Source: a virus
Lineage: Duplodnaviria; Caudoviricetes
Reading direction: 5' to 3' (one strand)
Length of the DNA stretch: 48,397 nucleotides
Virus record (IMG/VR): IMGVR_UViG_3300025653_000057
Location: 1-48,397 of that record
In this document: positions 7,127 to 16,747 of the stretch, in pieces
How positions within the stretch are numbered: the stretch's first letter is position 1
How the letters are laid out: the number at the start of each line of letters is the position of its first letter
The notes under the pieces: generated by a model
Told to the model about the DNA's origin: nothing
Seen by the model: only the letters and a program-made list of their open reading frames with translations
Databases searched by the model: none
Program-made: the position numbers and the translations under genes

Positions 7127-7813
7127 TTAATTTTTTTTCAAAAAAGTTGAAAAAATTTCTGGGTCAACAGTGTAACAAAGTTGGCCTTCCCATCTAGGAT
7201 TAGGTAAAAACTCTTCATTCACCAAAGGATTGAGTTCAATATTTGCGTATGAACCATTCATCAAATCAGCAAAGAATACGAAACTGGTGTATTCTGCATT
7301 TTCTGTCGCATGAATAACTTTGTGCTTTTTGATATCGAATGTGCCACCAGTAAATCCTGCCTGAACATCAATCAGCACCTTTTCATTTGGTGCAATCAAA
7401 TCAGCATCACCAGTTCTTTTGAAAGTTTCAATGTCAGTTAAATCATCGCCACCATTTCTTTCTATGGTCGTTAGATTCAAACTTTCTTTGATAAGAGGCG
7501 AGAACACCAGTTCGGCTAGATATCCTTGTAACCAACTGTAATACACATTTTCAATCGCTCTACCATGATTGTTAAGACGAGGCAGAATCTCATTATCTTT
7601 AATAGTCTTTGTAACAGAAGAAACAATCTCTTCAATGTCCAGTTTTTTGGACACAGCAAGAAGACCATTAAGTTGTGTAAAGATTTCAATCAATCTATCA
7701 TTCTTTTGATAGATTAGTTCCCAATTAGGCTGAACAATATCTTTTGCACCAAGATACTTTTGAAACTTTGTTTTATTTGTAAAACCCATTAATTGACGAT
7801 ATTCTTTACTCAT
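7127..7813 (-). CDS. Putative type II restriction endonuclease-like protein
   Basis: 228 aa; GYLAELVF ... GDADL ... IDVQAG is a PD-(D/E)XK-like variant. Family assigned by resemblance only. Confidence 0.5.
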   Translation of the reverse strand: MSKEYRQLMGFTNKTKFQKYLGAKDIVQPNWELIYQKNDRLIEIFTQLNGLLAVSKKLDIEEIVSSVTKTIKDNEILPRLNNHGRAIENVYYSWLQGYLAELVFSPLIKESLNLTTIERNGGDDLTDIETFKRTGDADLIAPNEKVLIDVQAGFTGGTFDIKKHKVIHATENAEYTSFVFFADLMNGSYANIELNPLVNEEFLPNPRWEGQLCYTVDPEIFSTFLKKN

Positions 7814-8210
7814 ACCACTTCTCCAGAATTTCCTCTTGCAGTTCATATGCCTGCTTTTCCCAAGGCTGATTATAGTAAGTAGTTTTTGTATGGTCTTCAT
7901 TAAACCACATCATCCTACCGTCACTCAATTCACGCTTCCATCTACGCAAATCTTGAACGACATGAACAACTTCATGGAAAACAGCAGTTAGAAGGTCATC
8001 GCCCGTTTCTTCTTTGTTGATGGTGATTTCAAACTCACGCTCACCAATCATAACCTCATAAGCAGAAACATCCAAGTTTTCTTCTACTACGATGTCAATA
8101 CCAACAAAGTTTTGAACTCTAGGCATAAGAGTATAGAAAGCAAATTCAGCGGCTCTTTTCAGCAAAGCCGCTTTTCTACCGTTACAACCTGTGACATTTA
8201 TTAGTAACAT
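7806..8210 (-). CDS. HEXXH metallopeptidase-like protein
   Basis: FHEVVHVVQ ... YYNQPWEKQAY. Confidence 0.75.
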   Translation of the reverse strand: MLLINVTGCNGRKAALLKRAAEFAFYTLMPRVQNFVGIDIVVEENLDVSAYEVMIGEREFEITINKEETGDDLLTAVFHEVVHVVQDLRRWKRELSDGRMMWFNEDHTKTTYYNQPWEKQAYELQEEILEKWYE

Positions 8211-8239
8211 ATGTATCCCTATCTCTCAATAACAGATAC

Positions 8240-8267
8240 ATTATACCAAATTCTAGATAGTTGTCAA
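8240..8267 (-). promoter_or_regulatory. Sigma70 promoter TTGACA-N16-TATAAT
   Basis: Consensus hexamers with an extended TG. Confidence 0.8.
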
Positions 8268-8455
8268 GGCGTTTCGTAACTATATGATTCGTTTATGAAA
8301 AATCTTGGAGTTTCTCCGTCAAATCCAGCACCATTATTCAACGATTCGGCGATTGATTCGGCAATTTCTTTTTTGTCTTTTGTGGTGATATATTGTTGTG
8401 TGCGGTTTTCATAGACTTTCCACTTGTCACCATGTCGTCTTACTTCATAATTCAT
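8264..8455 (-). CDS. Hypothetical protein
   Basis: LNNGAGFDGETPRFF; overlap-coupled. Confidence 0.7.
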   Translation of the reverse strand: MNYEVRRHGDKWKVYENRTQQYITTKDKKEIAESIAESLNNGAGFDGETPRFFINESYSYETP

Positions 8456-8649
8456 TTGCTGTTCCTCGTTGCTGATGAGAATGCTCCACTACCAAAGGTA
8501 ATCATTTGTAGCCATAATACTGCACCGACAGTTGCTACATTAAATTCAAGTCCTAGTCCAAACAGTGTGTTGAGTGACCAGATGGTGACAAATGGTGCAA
8601 TGATAATCAATGCTACCAAAAAGGCTATCATAAAAATTAAGTTGTTCAA
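8452..8649 (-). CDS. Small two-TM membrane protein
   Basis: Hydrophobic, IWSLNTLF motif. Confidence 0.7.
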   Translation of the reverse strand: MNNLIFMIAFLVALIIIAPFVTIWSLNTLFGLGLEFNVATVGAVLWLQMITFGSGAFSSATRNSK

Positions 8650-8909
8650 AACAAGTTACTCCATACTTTTAGTTTTTCATGCTTCTTTGCACCATACTCA
8701 TCCATTTTGGTATAGGAAACCAAATCCTCACCATGCATCAAATCAATGATACAGTACAAATCTCCTAATTCCTTATTCAAACTTTCAAGTGCATTTTCAC
8801 CTTGGTATTCTGAATCCTCACCAAATCTTTTAATCTTTGATGCGGCTACAATTACCTCTGCACACTCTTCCATCAGAATAGTTAGAAGTTCTTCTTTTCT
8901 AGTCATCAT
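8646..8909 (-). CDS. MazG-like nucleotide pyrophosphohydrolase
   Basis: LMEECAEVI ... LNKELGDL (ExxE...ExxD). Confidence 0.75.
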   Translation of the reverse strand: MMTRKEELLTILMEECAEVIVAASKIKRFGEDSEYQGENALESLNKELGDLYCIIDLMHGEDLVSYTKMDEYGAKKHEKLKVWSNLF

Positions 8910-9459
8910 ATAGTCCTTCAACCTTTTCCAAAGATACTGACATATTGAAACTAATAATTGTCTTCATTTCATCGCTTTGATTTTTTGCACTTCTGTGCAA
9001 GACCAGTGAAGGAAATATCACGACATCACCTTCTTTTACATCAATTGTCTCTATCTCATGTAATGAGTCTGGATTTCTTATCTGAAGTTTTGGCGCATCC
9101 TCAGGCAGGTCGAGATAGTAAACTCCAGTAAAGGAGCAGTTCAGATGAGTATGCCATCCATGCTCACTTCCCTTTTTATATTGCTGAAACCAGTAGTCAT
9201 GAATTTTGAAAAAGGTATAGCCCCAATCATTGTAAATTTCTTTTAGGTGATTAAACATATGCTTATCAATCATGTGAAAATATGGCTTAGTTAAATCACC
9301 AGCCCTTGCATAGTCACACCTATCAATATCAGTGTAACAATCTGGATAAACATATTCTTCAGCCCACGAATTAGAGATAGCATCCAGCAGTCTTTCCTTA
9401 TACTCAGTATGGTGAGCAAATTGTTTTATAGACATAGGGCATTTAATATATCGTGTCAT
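8899..9459 (-). CDS. 2OG-Fe(II) oxygenase-like protein
   Basis: WFQQY..HGWHTH..FTGVYYL..EGDVVIFPSLVLH..TIISFN. Confidence 0.85.
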   Translation of the reverse strand: MTRYIKCPMSIKQFAHHTEYKERLLDAISNSWAEEYVYPDCYTDIDRCDYARAGDLTKPYFHMIDKHMFNHLKEIYNDWGYTFFKIHDYWFQQYKKGSEHGWHTHLNCSFTGVYYLDLPEDAPKLQIRNPDSLHEIETIDVKEGDVVIFPSLVLHRSAKNQSDEMKTIISFNMSVSLEKVEGLYDD

Positions 9460-9650
9460 TTGTCTTTCTCTAACTTATCAACATAAAGTGTTCTAGGACA
9501 TTGATATTGATTGTCCGTATACACTACTTCATTTTTCCTTTTATCTTGACATTTGTATTCGCAAACTCTGTCATTATTATCAGTGTTCTTGTCAATGTCT
9601 TGTGAAACGAGTTTGCATATTACCATACCAGCATATGCAAGTTCTATCAT
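9456..9650 (-). CDS. Small Cys-containing hypothetical protein
   Basis: CKL...CEYKC...CPR; ATGA overlaps. Confidence 0.65.
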   Translation of the reverse strand: MIELAYAGMVICKLVSQDIDKNTDNNDRVCEYKCQDKRKNEVVYTDNQYQCPRTLYVDKLEKDK

Positions 9651-11059
9651 ACCTTTAACCCACTAAAGTCCTTTCTTCCCATTGTTTTGGTAGCCCATTT
9701 CATCATCTGCTCCTCGTTATCTCTTTTTCCAAACTCAGAGTTATCCATCACAGGGCCATCTAGCACATCTTGTTGTGCTTCTTGTTCTACATCATACAAA
9801 CGCATCTTCGCTCTATCTACACCAACAACAAACCTCTTATACAAGGTAGGGTCATTATAACGATTCTTCAACTGCTTGACCATAATCTGATTCAATTCTT
9901 CAAGTTCTTCAGTAGAGATAAGAGCAAACATGAAGTCAGCAGTAGCAGGCAAACCAAATGATTCTGAAGTATCTTCCAGTCCAATATCTGAACTGGTATA
10001 ACCACTTCTCGTTGTCTGTGTTGCAGAGACAATCGGAACTACTCTTTCTACTGCAAGTCCTCTCAATTCTTCTGCAATCGCTTTTATGAGGGTATATGAG
10101 TTGACATTAGAGCCAGACTTGATACGAGATGACATACAAATATTTAGATAATCAACATAGATAATGTCTGGAATAAATGAGCGTTTTAGTCTTAGTTCAT
10201 TCAATAGATGTCGAAAGTGTCCAGTGTGTGCGGATGCAGTTGGATATTCTTTGACAATCAGTTTACCAGATGTCTTACCCTTTACTCTTGTAATCTTCTT
10301 ATCATACATATCTTTTGGAAGTGATGCTAAATCATCCAGTGTCACATTCAACAGATTCGCATCAATTCGTTCTGCAATCTTTTCTTCTGCCATCTCCATA
10401 GTAATATAGAGAACATTCTTACCGTCTAGTAGATTAGCAGAAGCCATATGACACATCGCAAGCGATTTACCGACTCCTGTTCCAGCAAGGATAATGTTTA
10501 GTGATTTTTTGGGAAGACCACCTTTAGTAATCTTATTAAGGTAGTCGATATCGAATGGAATACGCTCTTCAATACGATGATAAAAATCCCACCTATCATC
10601 AGCGTCATCCAAAAAGTCGTGACCGATGCTAGGGTCAAAAGACACAGAAAGAGCATCGGATAGTAACTCAGGGATTGCGCCCTTTTCCTCTTTTGAGTTT
10701 CCTTCAATAATTGATATCGAGTCCATGATTGCATTGTAGATAGCCTTCTCTTGACAGAACTTCTCAGTCTTTTCAATCAGCCATTCTTTATCGACTTCTT
10801 CTTCTATTGTTAGATTACCAATGACAGAACTACACTCAGAAAAGTCTTCATCTGATATCTTACCATTATTATCAAGTTCGATTATTAACGCTTCTCTAGT
10901 GGGTAGAGCATTGTATTGAGAGATATACTTATCAATTTCTTGATAAATGGTTTTCTCATGTCTCTCTTGAAAATAATCAGGCTTGAGGTATGGTAGTGTG
11001 CGTCTTGCATAACCTTCATCATTCAGAAGGTGTTTCAGCACCATCAGTTCTATCCGCAT
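9647..11059 (-). CDS. gp41: Replicative DnaB-like helicase
   Basis: LAGTGVGKS Walker A, ITMEMAEE, YVDYLNI, DTSESFGLPATAD, QLKNRY. Confidence 0.97.
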   Translation of the reverse strand: MRIELMVLKHLLNDEGYARRTLPYLKPDYFQERHEKTIYQEIDKYISQYNALPTREALIIELDNNGKISDEDFSECSSVIGNLTIEEEVDKEWLIEKTEKFCQEKAIYNAIMDSISIIEGNSKEEKGAIPELLSDALSVSFDPSIGHDFLDDADDRWDFYHRIEERIPFDIDYLNKITKGGLPKKSLNIILAGTGVGKSLAMCHMASANLLDGKNVLYITMEMAEEKIAERIDANLLNVTLDDLASLPKDMYDKKITRVKGKTSGKLIVKEYPTASAHTGHFRHLLNELRLKRSFIPDIIYVDYLNICMSSRIKSGSNVNSYTLIKAIAEELRGLAVERVVPIVSATQTTRSGYTSSDIGLEDTSESFGLPATADFMFALISTEELEELNQIMVKQLKNRYNDPTLYKRFVVGVDRAKMRLYDVEQEAQQDVLDGPVMDNSEFGKRDNEEQMMKWATKTMGRKDFSGLKV

Positions 11060-11321
11060 CAACAAAGTTCCTTAATAGTTCGTTTAATATTTCACCGATT
11101 GTATCAATAAATGGCTCTTCTGTCAAGTCTAAACCTTGCTCATTCTTGATAGTAATGAAGTTAAAGTGCATCCTCACATCGTCTTCAGATTTCTCTTCCA
11201 TCCGAATGTTGTCATATTGGAACATGACCCCAGCGTAGTCACCTTCCAATATTTCAATGCACATCAAGTCCTTATGAAACGCTTCCTTATTTTCAACGAC
11301 ATTAAACTTCGGCAAGTTCAT
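11019..11321 (-). CDS. Hypothetical protein in the T4 gp40 position
   Basis: Lies between uvsX and 41; synteny only. Confidence 0.6.
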   Translation of the reverse strand: MNLPKFNVVENKEAFHKDLMCIEILEGDYAGVMFQYDNIRMEEKSEDDVRMHFNFITIKNEQGLDLTEEPFIDTIGEILNELLRNFVDADRTDGAETPSE

Positions 11322-12351
11322 TTTCTTCCTCTACTACTTCATCTTCATCATCACGACCATACATAAACTCTTTGTTTGCCGCTTGTTCTAGTTGAGCCAT
11401 AATCTCATCAGTGAAATACTCTTCTGGATTCTCGTTGATTGCTTTACCAAATACTTTGCGACCATCTGGTAGTTCGTAACGAGTTGATACCTTTTTGATG
11501 ATATCATACTTTTCAGCAAGTTCTAACAAGCCATAGTATCTGTCTAGACCTGTATCATAGGACAGTTTCACTTCCACTTTCTTATTCTCTTTAGTAAAGC
11601 GAGACTTGTGCATAGTGACCTTGATGATATTACCAACAACATCAGTACCGTCTTTGTCCTTCTTCTTACCAAGCATAGCAATGGATGAAGCGGCATACTT
11701 CAAGCCTGACCCACCAGAGATTTCTTTGGTAGGTATGTAAGCACCAACCACATCATAGACATGATTAGTTACAAGCAGAGGCACATTCGCTTTTGCAAGT
11801 TTCAGAGATAGAACACGAAAAGTACCACGCAACAGTTGTGCTTTTGTCATGTCTCTTGCTTGCTTACCAGAAGCAGTATCTTCCAGTTCTTTTACAGATG
11901 ATAACATACCAAGTGAATCAAGCACCATCATCATAGGTGGTTGTTCACTGCTATCATTGTATGAGTCTAGCATACGAACAGCATTGGTACGAAACTCTTC
12001 AATAGACTGAGGTTCACTGATAACTACACGGTCAACATCAATACCTCTTGTGGTCATCATATTCTTAGTGACAGCGGCTTCTGTATCAAAGTAGATAACA
12101 CCACCATCAGGATTATCATCAAGAAACTGTTTGATAACACCTAGAACGAAAAAGGTCTTCCCAGTTGCACTTTCACCAGCGAATGCTACAATCTTATTAT
12201 TAGGCACACCACCATACAGACTACCAGACATAGCCGCATTGAGAATGTATGAACCTGTATCAATAGTGCCAGAAAACTCTGAACTATTCTCACCACTGCT
12301 GGCTACATGAGTGTTATCAATACCAGCGATTACATTATTAAGGAAACTCAT
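11302..12351 (-). CDS. uvsX: RecA-like recombinase
   Basis: AGESATGKT, YFDTEAA, VLDSLGML, SGGSGLKYAAS. Confidence 0.96.
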   Translation of the reverse strand: MSFLNNVIAGIDNTHVASSGENSSEFSGTIDTGSYILNAAMSGSLYGGVPNNKIVAFAGESATGKTFFVLGVIKQFLDDNPDGGVIYFDTEAAVTKNMMTTRGIDVDRVVISEPQSIEEFRTNAVRMLDSYNDSSEQPPMMMVLDSLGMLSSVKELEDTASGKQARDMTKAQLLRGTFRVLSLKLAKANVPLLVTNHVYDVVGAYIPTKEISGGSGLKYAASSIAMLGKKKDKDGTDVVGNIIKVTMHKSRFTKENKKVEVKLSYDTGLDRYYGLLELAEKYDIIKKVSTRYELPDGRKVFGKAINENPEEYFTDEIMAQLEQAANKEFMYGRDDEDEVVEEENELAEV

Positions 12352-12611
12352 CCGTTATATACTCCATCAAGTTTATCACTAAATTCTTCAATCTTCGCCA
12401 TGCGTGTAGCACCTGGCCAATAGATATAATCCTTATCAGGATTTGCGGCTAGGTTGTTTAGCAATGGTTTAATCATGTTGTAGAGAGTATCGCATTTTTC
12501 TTGCACTTTGTCAAGCCCTTCCGTGGTCGATGCGACAGTTTCTTTTGCTTGCTGAACGACAGCAAGTTCTTCTTCTGTGACGGCTGTGAAACCGAAATCG
12601 AAATCAGACAT
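12348..12611 (-). CDS. Conserved hypothetical protein
   Basis: MSDFDFGFTAV...PLLNNLAANPDKDYIYWP. Confidence 0.75.
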   Translation of the reverse strand: MSDFDFGFTAVTEEELAVVQQAKETVASTTEGLDKVQEKCDTLYNMIKPLLNNLAANPDKDYIYWPGATRMAKIEEFSDKLDGVYNG

Positions 12612-12625
12612 TTTTTATTCCTTCC

Positions 12626-15136
12626 TTATTTCCAGAAATCTTCTAGCGTCATCACTTTCTCAGTCTTCCATCCAATGACATCAAGGATAACCTTCAAAGG
12701 CTCAGTGAACGCTTTAGCGAACTGTAGTTCATAGTCGATGAACTTTTCAAGTCCAAACTCAGGTGGGAGATTGTTGATGATTGAGATGACATTCTGTCCA
12801 GTGCCATTCGGCTCTTTGAGATAACAGAACTTAATCTTCTCGCCATCTTTGATAGTCGGATACTTCTTCTCCAGTCCGTTCTGACGAATGAGATGATTGT
12901 ATAGCAGTCCACCTCTTACATGGATAGGTGTTCCTTTTGCTAGAACGAGGTTGTCTTTATCCCTACTATCATATTTATTCAAATCAGACAGTGTGCGAGG
13001 GAAAGCAATGTCCTCAAACGGTAGAGACTTGAACTGCTCTTTGAAGTCGGCGATGAACTTCTGAACAGTCTCTTCATCCTTGTTCAGAGTAATCTCAATC
13101 GCTTCCTTCAGAGCGTCACGACAAGACGCAGGCGTTGAAGACTTGACAGTTTCGATACCCATCATCTTTAGTTTAGGTGTGGAGAAACGAACACCCTCAC
13201 TATCGTGAACATTCAGCATATATCGCTTCTTAGCAGTCCATATACCCTTGTCAGCAATCACCTCACGCTTCATGAACATCTTCTGCTCATAAGCATTCAT
13301 ATTTTTAGCAAGGTCCTCGTAAGCACTATCAATAAACGGTTCAATCTTTTCTGTCGCCACTCTGTCAAGGAAAGATACCACTCGTTCGGTCGATACCTCA
13401 CTTTGACTTTTCTCCAATCCCTCTCCTTTTTCAAACACCTTATCAACAAGTTTGTCAAAAGTAATGTATACTGAATCCGTATCGGAAGCAATGACATAAT
13501 CTTCTCCATCAGTTTCTAGCAGTTTGTTTAGGTATTCGTTCAAGCGTTTCTCAATCCACCGAATAGACAACTGACCAGACAGTGTGATAGATTCCGCTTG
13601 TCGTACATCAAAGAACCGAAAGTATTGATTACCAAGCGCACCATAAGCAGAGTTCAACTGAACCTTCTTGGCCATTTGCAAGTTCTTATACTTGGATATC
13701 TTCTTCACTAGTTCATTCGATTTAGATTTCTGAAGTTCTTTCTCCGCTTCAATCATCTGTTTCTTATAGAGAGAACGCTCATCATACATTGTCTGCATCA
13801 TCTCAGGAAGGAAGCCTTGGAAGGTTCGGTTATAATAGTGTCCATTTGCAGTCAACACCATGTCTTTTGGACACTCTGGTGTCTCACCAGCAATCAGTTT
13901 GTCAACAGATATCTGTGCAAACTTACCCTCAACGAAAGTGTCAGGCGAGATATTGTATTGCATAATCAGGTGTGGATACAGCGAGTTCAAGTCAAACGAC
14001 ACCACCCATTTGTGTTGACCTACTTGCGGGTCTTTGACATAAGCACCAGCATACGCTTGCGTCTTGATGCTAGACTTCTTTGGTGGTATCACCATCTTCT
14101 TCTTTAGAAGATAGTTGTGAATGAGAACATCCCACAGACGCACCTGTGTAAACACATCGTTGTAGTTCACCTTTGCATCATATGCGATAGCGAGAGCCAT
14201 CTCAATCAGTTTCATCTTGTCATCAATACGCTCGACAAGTTCCACATCCTTGATGTTGTAGTCGATGAACTTCTGATAGTCAGTCCGATACAACTCATGC
14301 AGTGTTCCAACCTCAGAGTAGTCGAGTTTCTTCTCACCAATCTCCACATGAGCGATATGGTCAAGTCGATAGGATTCTTGTTGTGAGTATGTGAACTTAC
14401 GATAGAGTTCAAGATAGTCGAGGATAGAGACACCAGCGAGTTCATAGCACTCTTGTTGTCTGTTCCATTGTTGTATCTGTCGATAGTTCAGACTACGATG
14501 CGGAGACATCCTTTGAGCCATCTTCTCATCGAACAGACGAGTGATACGATTGACAAGGTAGGGAATATCAAAGAAGCGAACATTCCAACCAGTGACGATA
14601 TCAGCATCAAGTTTTTCCCACAAGTCAAGGAACTTCATAATCAATCTGTCTTCAGTCTGACAGTTGAGATAGCGAACATCATCTCTGGTATTGTGATACT
14701 CGCCAACACCAAGCACGAACACCTTACCATTCATCTTCACAGTGATAGCAGTGATAGGTTGTTTAGCATCAGACGGCTCTGGAAACCCTTCCTCAGAACC
14801 AACCTCAATGTCAATGTTAGCAACACGAATGTGTTCGATATCGTAATCGTTACCATACTGCTCATTCAGACAAGCATACTCATACAGGTTTGAACCATAG
14901 ACGGTAAACCCATCGACATCAGCATATCGCTTGACAAAATCTCTCGCTTCACGAATAGAGCCTTGGACGACTGGCTCAACAGATTGTCTATAGACAGTCT
15001 TCCAATCACTCTCTCGCTTGCTTGCAAGATAGAATGTTGGGGAGTATGGTATCTTGTCTACAAAGCGAACACCGTTGTCGTATCCACGAATGTAGACAAG
15101 ATTACCTCTTGTGTATGTGTTTGTATAGAATCGCAT
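12626..15136 (-). CDS. gp43: Family B DNA polymerase
   Basis: Exonuclease DIEV, SFDLNSLYPH, KVQLNSAYG, SDTDS, KKRY; C-terminal clamp-binding peptide TLEDFW. Confidence 0.98.
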   Translation of the reverse strand: MRFYTNTYTRGNLVYIRGYDNGVRFVDKIPYSPTFYLASKRESDWKTVYRQSVEPVVQGSIREARDFVKRYADVDGFTVYGSNLYEYACLNEQYGNDYDIEHIRVANIDIEVGSEEGFPEPSDAKQPITAITVKMNGKVFVLGVGEYHNTRDDVRYLNCQTEDRLIMKFLDLWEKLDADIVTGWNVRFFDIPYLVNRITRLFDEKMAQRMSPHRSLNYRQIQQWNRQQECYELAGVSILDYLELYRKFTYSQQESYRLDHIAHVEIGEKKLDYSEVGTLHELYRTDYQKFIDYNIKDVELVERIDDKMKLIEMALAIAYDAKVNYNDVFTQVRLWDVLIHNYLLKKKMVIPPKKSSIKTQAYAGAYVKDPQVGQHKWVVSFDLNSLYPHLIMQYNISPDTFVEGKFAQISVDKLIAGETPECPKDMVLTANGHYYNRTFQGFLPEMMQTMYDERSLYKKQMIEAEKELQKSKSNELVKKISKYKNLQMAKKVQLNSAYGALGNQYFRFFDVRQAESITLSGQLSIRWIEKRLNEYLNKLLETDGEDYVIASDTDSVYITFDKLVDKVFEKGEGLEKSQSEVSTERVVSFLDRVATEKIEPFIDSAYEDLAKNMNAYEQKMFMKREVIADKGIWTAKKRYMLNVHDSEGVRFSTPKLKMMGIETVKSSTPASCRDALKEAIEITLNKDEETVQKFIADFKEQFKSLPFEDIAFPRTLSDLNKYDSRDKDNLVLAKGTPIHVRGGLLYNHLIRQNGLEKKYPTIKDGEKIKFCYLKEPNGTGQNVISIINNLPPEFGLEKFIDYELQFAKAFTEPLKVILDVIGWKTEKVMTLEDFWK

Positions 15137-15142
15137 GATGTA

Positions 15143-15171
15143 AATATATCACAGGTCGTCAAGTATGTCAA
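15143..15171 (-). promoter_or_regulatory. Sigma70 promoter of gp43 (TTGACA-N17-TATATT)
   Basis: -10 ends 6 nt before the ATG. Confidence 0.75.
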
Positions 15172-15174
15172 GTG

Positions 15175-16125
15175 TTATTGTAGAGGAATTAGCCCCTGTT
15201 CTACCAAATAACCATCATCTCCAATTGCCTGCTCAGACATAAACGCATCGACAAAATCTTGAATGCCTGGAATGACACCAATATGCTCTTTCTTTACATA
15301 GAAGAATAGAGGCCGTGATACTGTATAAGAGCCGTCTGCAATAGTGTCAAAAGTAGGCTCTACACCATCAACGAATGATGCTTGAACTTTGTCAACATTC
15401 TGGTCGAGAAAAGAAAAACCAAACACACCAAATCTCTTTGGCTCACTGACAAGTTTCTCAATGATTAGATTATCATTCTCTCCCATTTGCACTACATGAA
15501 TATCTGTGCGAGTAGCAGTGCAGTGTGCTTTGTATTCTTTCTTACTCATTTTGAGTTCTTTTTTACAATAGTCATGCATAATGAGTTCTACAAAGGCATC
15601 TCTTGTTCCAGATGTTGTTGGTGGAATCATTACATCAATTCTATAATCTGGAAGTGATGGATTAATCTCATTCCACTTTGTATATGGATTGTCTACCCAT
15701 TCACCGTTGATTAAAACTTTTTCAGAGACAGCATTGAAGATATCACTTTTTGTGAAACTTACTTTCTCACCCTCTCTAGAATTTGAGAATGTAATACCAT
15801 CATAACCAATAAGGTATTCGATTGGTGTTACACCATTTGATTTACAGTCATCAATTTCTTTTTGTTTGATTGCTCTTGATGCGTTAGCAATGTCAGGCGT
15901 GACAGCACCAAGGCCTTTACAAAACATCTTTATACCGCCACCAGAACCAGTTGATTCAATGACTGGTGTTTTGAAACCTTGTTGTTGTCCGAATTTTTCT
16001 GCTACTGATGTTGCGAATGGAAAGACTGTAGATGAACCTACGACTGAAATTTGGTCACGGGCAAATGCTGTAGAAGTTATTGAAATTAAAAAAGCACTAA
16101 ATAGTACTACGAGCGATTTATGCAT
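15175..16125 (-). CDS. pstS: Phosphate ABC transporter substrate-binding protein
   Basis: Signal peptide; GSSTVFPF, STGSGGG, ANASRAIK, PPTTSGTRDAF, SRPLFFY. Confidence 0.93.
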   Translation of the reverse strand: MHKSLVVLFSAFLISITSTAFARDQISVVGSSTVFPFATSVAEKFGQQQGFKTPVIESTGSGGGIKMFCKGLGAVTPDIANASRAIKQKEIDDCKSNGVTPIEYLIGYDGITFSNSREGEKVSFTKSDIFNAVSEKVLINGEWVDNPYTKWNEINPSLPDYRIDVMIPPTTSGTRDAFVELIMHDYCKKELKMSKKEYKAHCTATRTDIHVVQMGENDNLIIEKLVSEPKRFGVFGFSFLDQNVDKVQASFVDGVEPTFDTIADGSYTVSRPLFFYVKKEHIGVIPGIQDFVDAFMSEQAIGDDGYLVEQGLIPLQ

Positions 16126-16190
16126 TAATCGTTCTCCTATGATTAGAAATAGAAAAGAGGCACCATTTCTCCCTTTGGTGTCTCTTTTCG

Positions 16191-16198
16191 TATTTATA
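16191..16198 (-). promoter_or_regulatory. Late promoter TATAAATA upstream of pstS
   Basis: Exact consensus. Confidence 0.7.
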
Positions 16199-16231
16199 GA
16201 TGTGAGTTTTTTTGCACTTTTGTGACAAAAA

Positions 16232-16747
16232 TTAATCAATCATCTCAAGTGCAAGTTCAGTAGTTTCAGTTACACGCCGTGTCCAACCTCTACCAAATGT
16301 ACCAAAGGTAGACAAACTTTCATAGTAACCTTGTCTCTTGTGTTGATACTCACCAATTGCCTCTTCAACAGTATGGCTTTCAAGATACTCAGCAAGTTTA
16401 CCTAGTGTGCCTGGGCCGATTGCACCATCTTGTCCAGCACCAACTAGTCCTTGTAGAAACTTTGCCGCTCTACCTGTTCCAGCATTAACACCGAAATCGA
16501 ACACACAAAGGTCAAGTCCAGCAGGCAAATCATCACCCTTTACTCTATCCCAATAGTTCTTCTTGTAGATAGGCTCGACATCTTCTACTGTCAAGTCTTG
16601 CATATCTTTTGTGCCACCCCATTCTTCATAAACTCTTTTGGTAACACCAAGATTAGTTTCACCGCCAGGGTCTTTTGGATGGTTTACATAACCACCTTCA
16701 TGATGAAGGATAGTTTCTAGACACTTTTCCCAATTTTGTTCAGCCAT
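16232..16747 (-). CDS. GH108 lysozyme with peptidoglycan-binding domain (endolysin)
   Basis: HEGGYVNHPKDPGGETNLGVT, FDFGVNAG, DGAIGPGT, FGRGWTRR. Confidence 0.92.
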   Translation of the reverse strand: MAEQNWEKCLETILHHEGGYVNHPKDPGGETNLGVTKRVYEEWGGTKDMQDLTVEDVEPIYKKNYWDRVKGDDLPAGLDLCVFDFGVNAGTGRAAKFLQGLVGAGQDGAIGPGTLGKLAEYLESHTVEEAIGEYQHKRQGYYESLSTFGTFGRGWTRRVTETTELALEMID

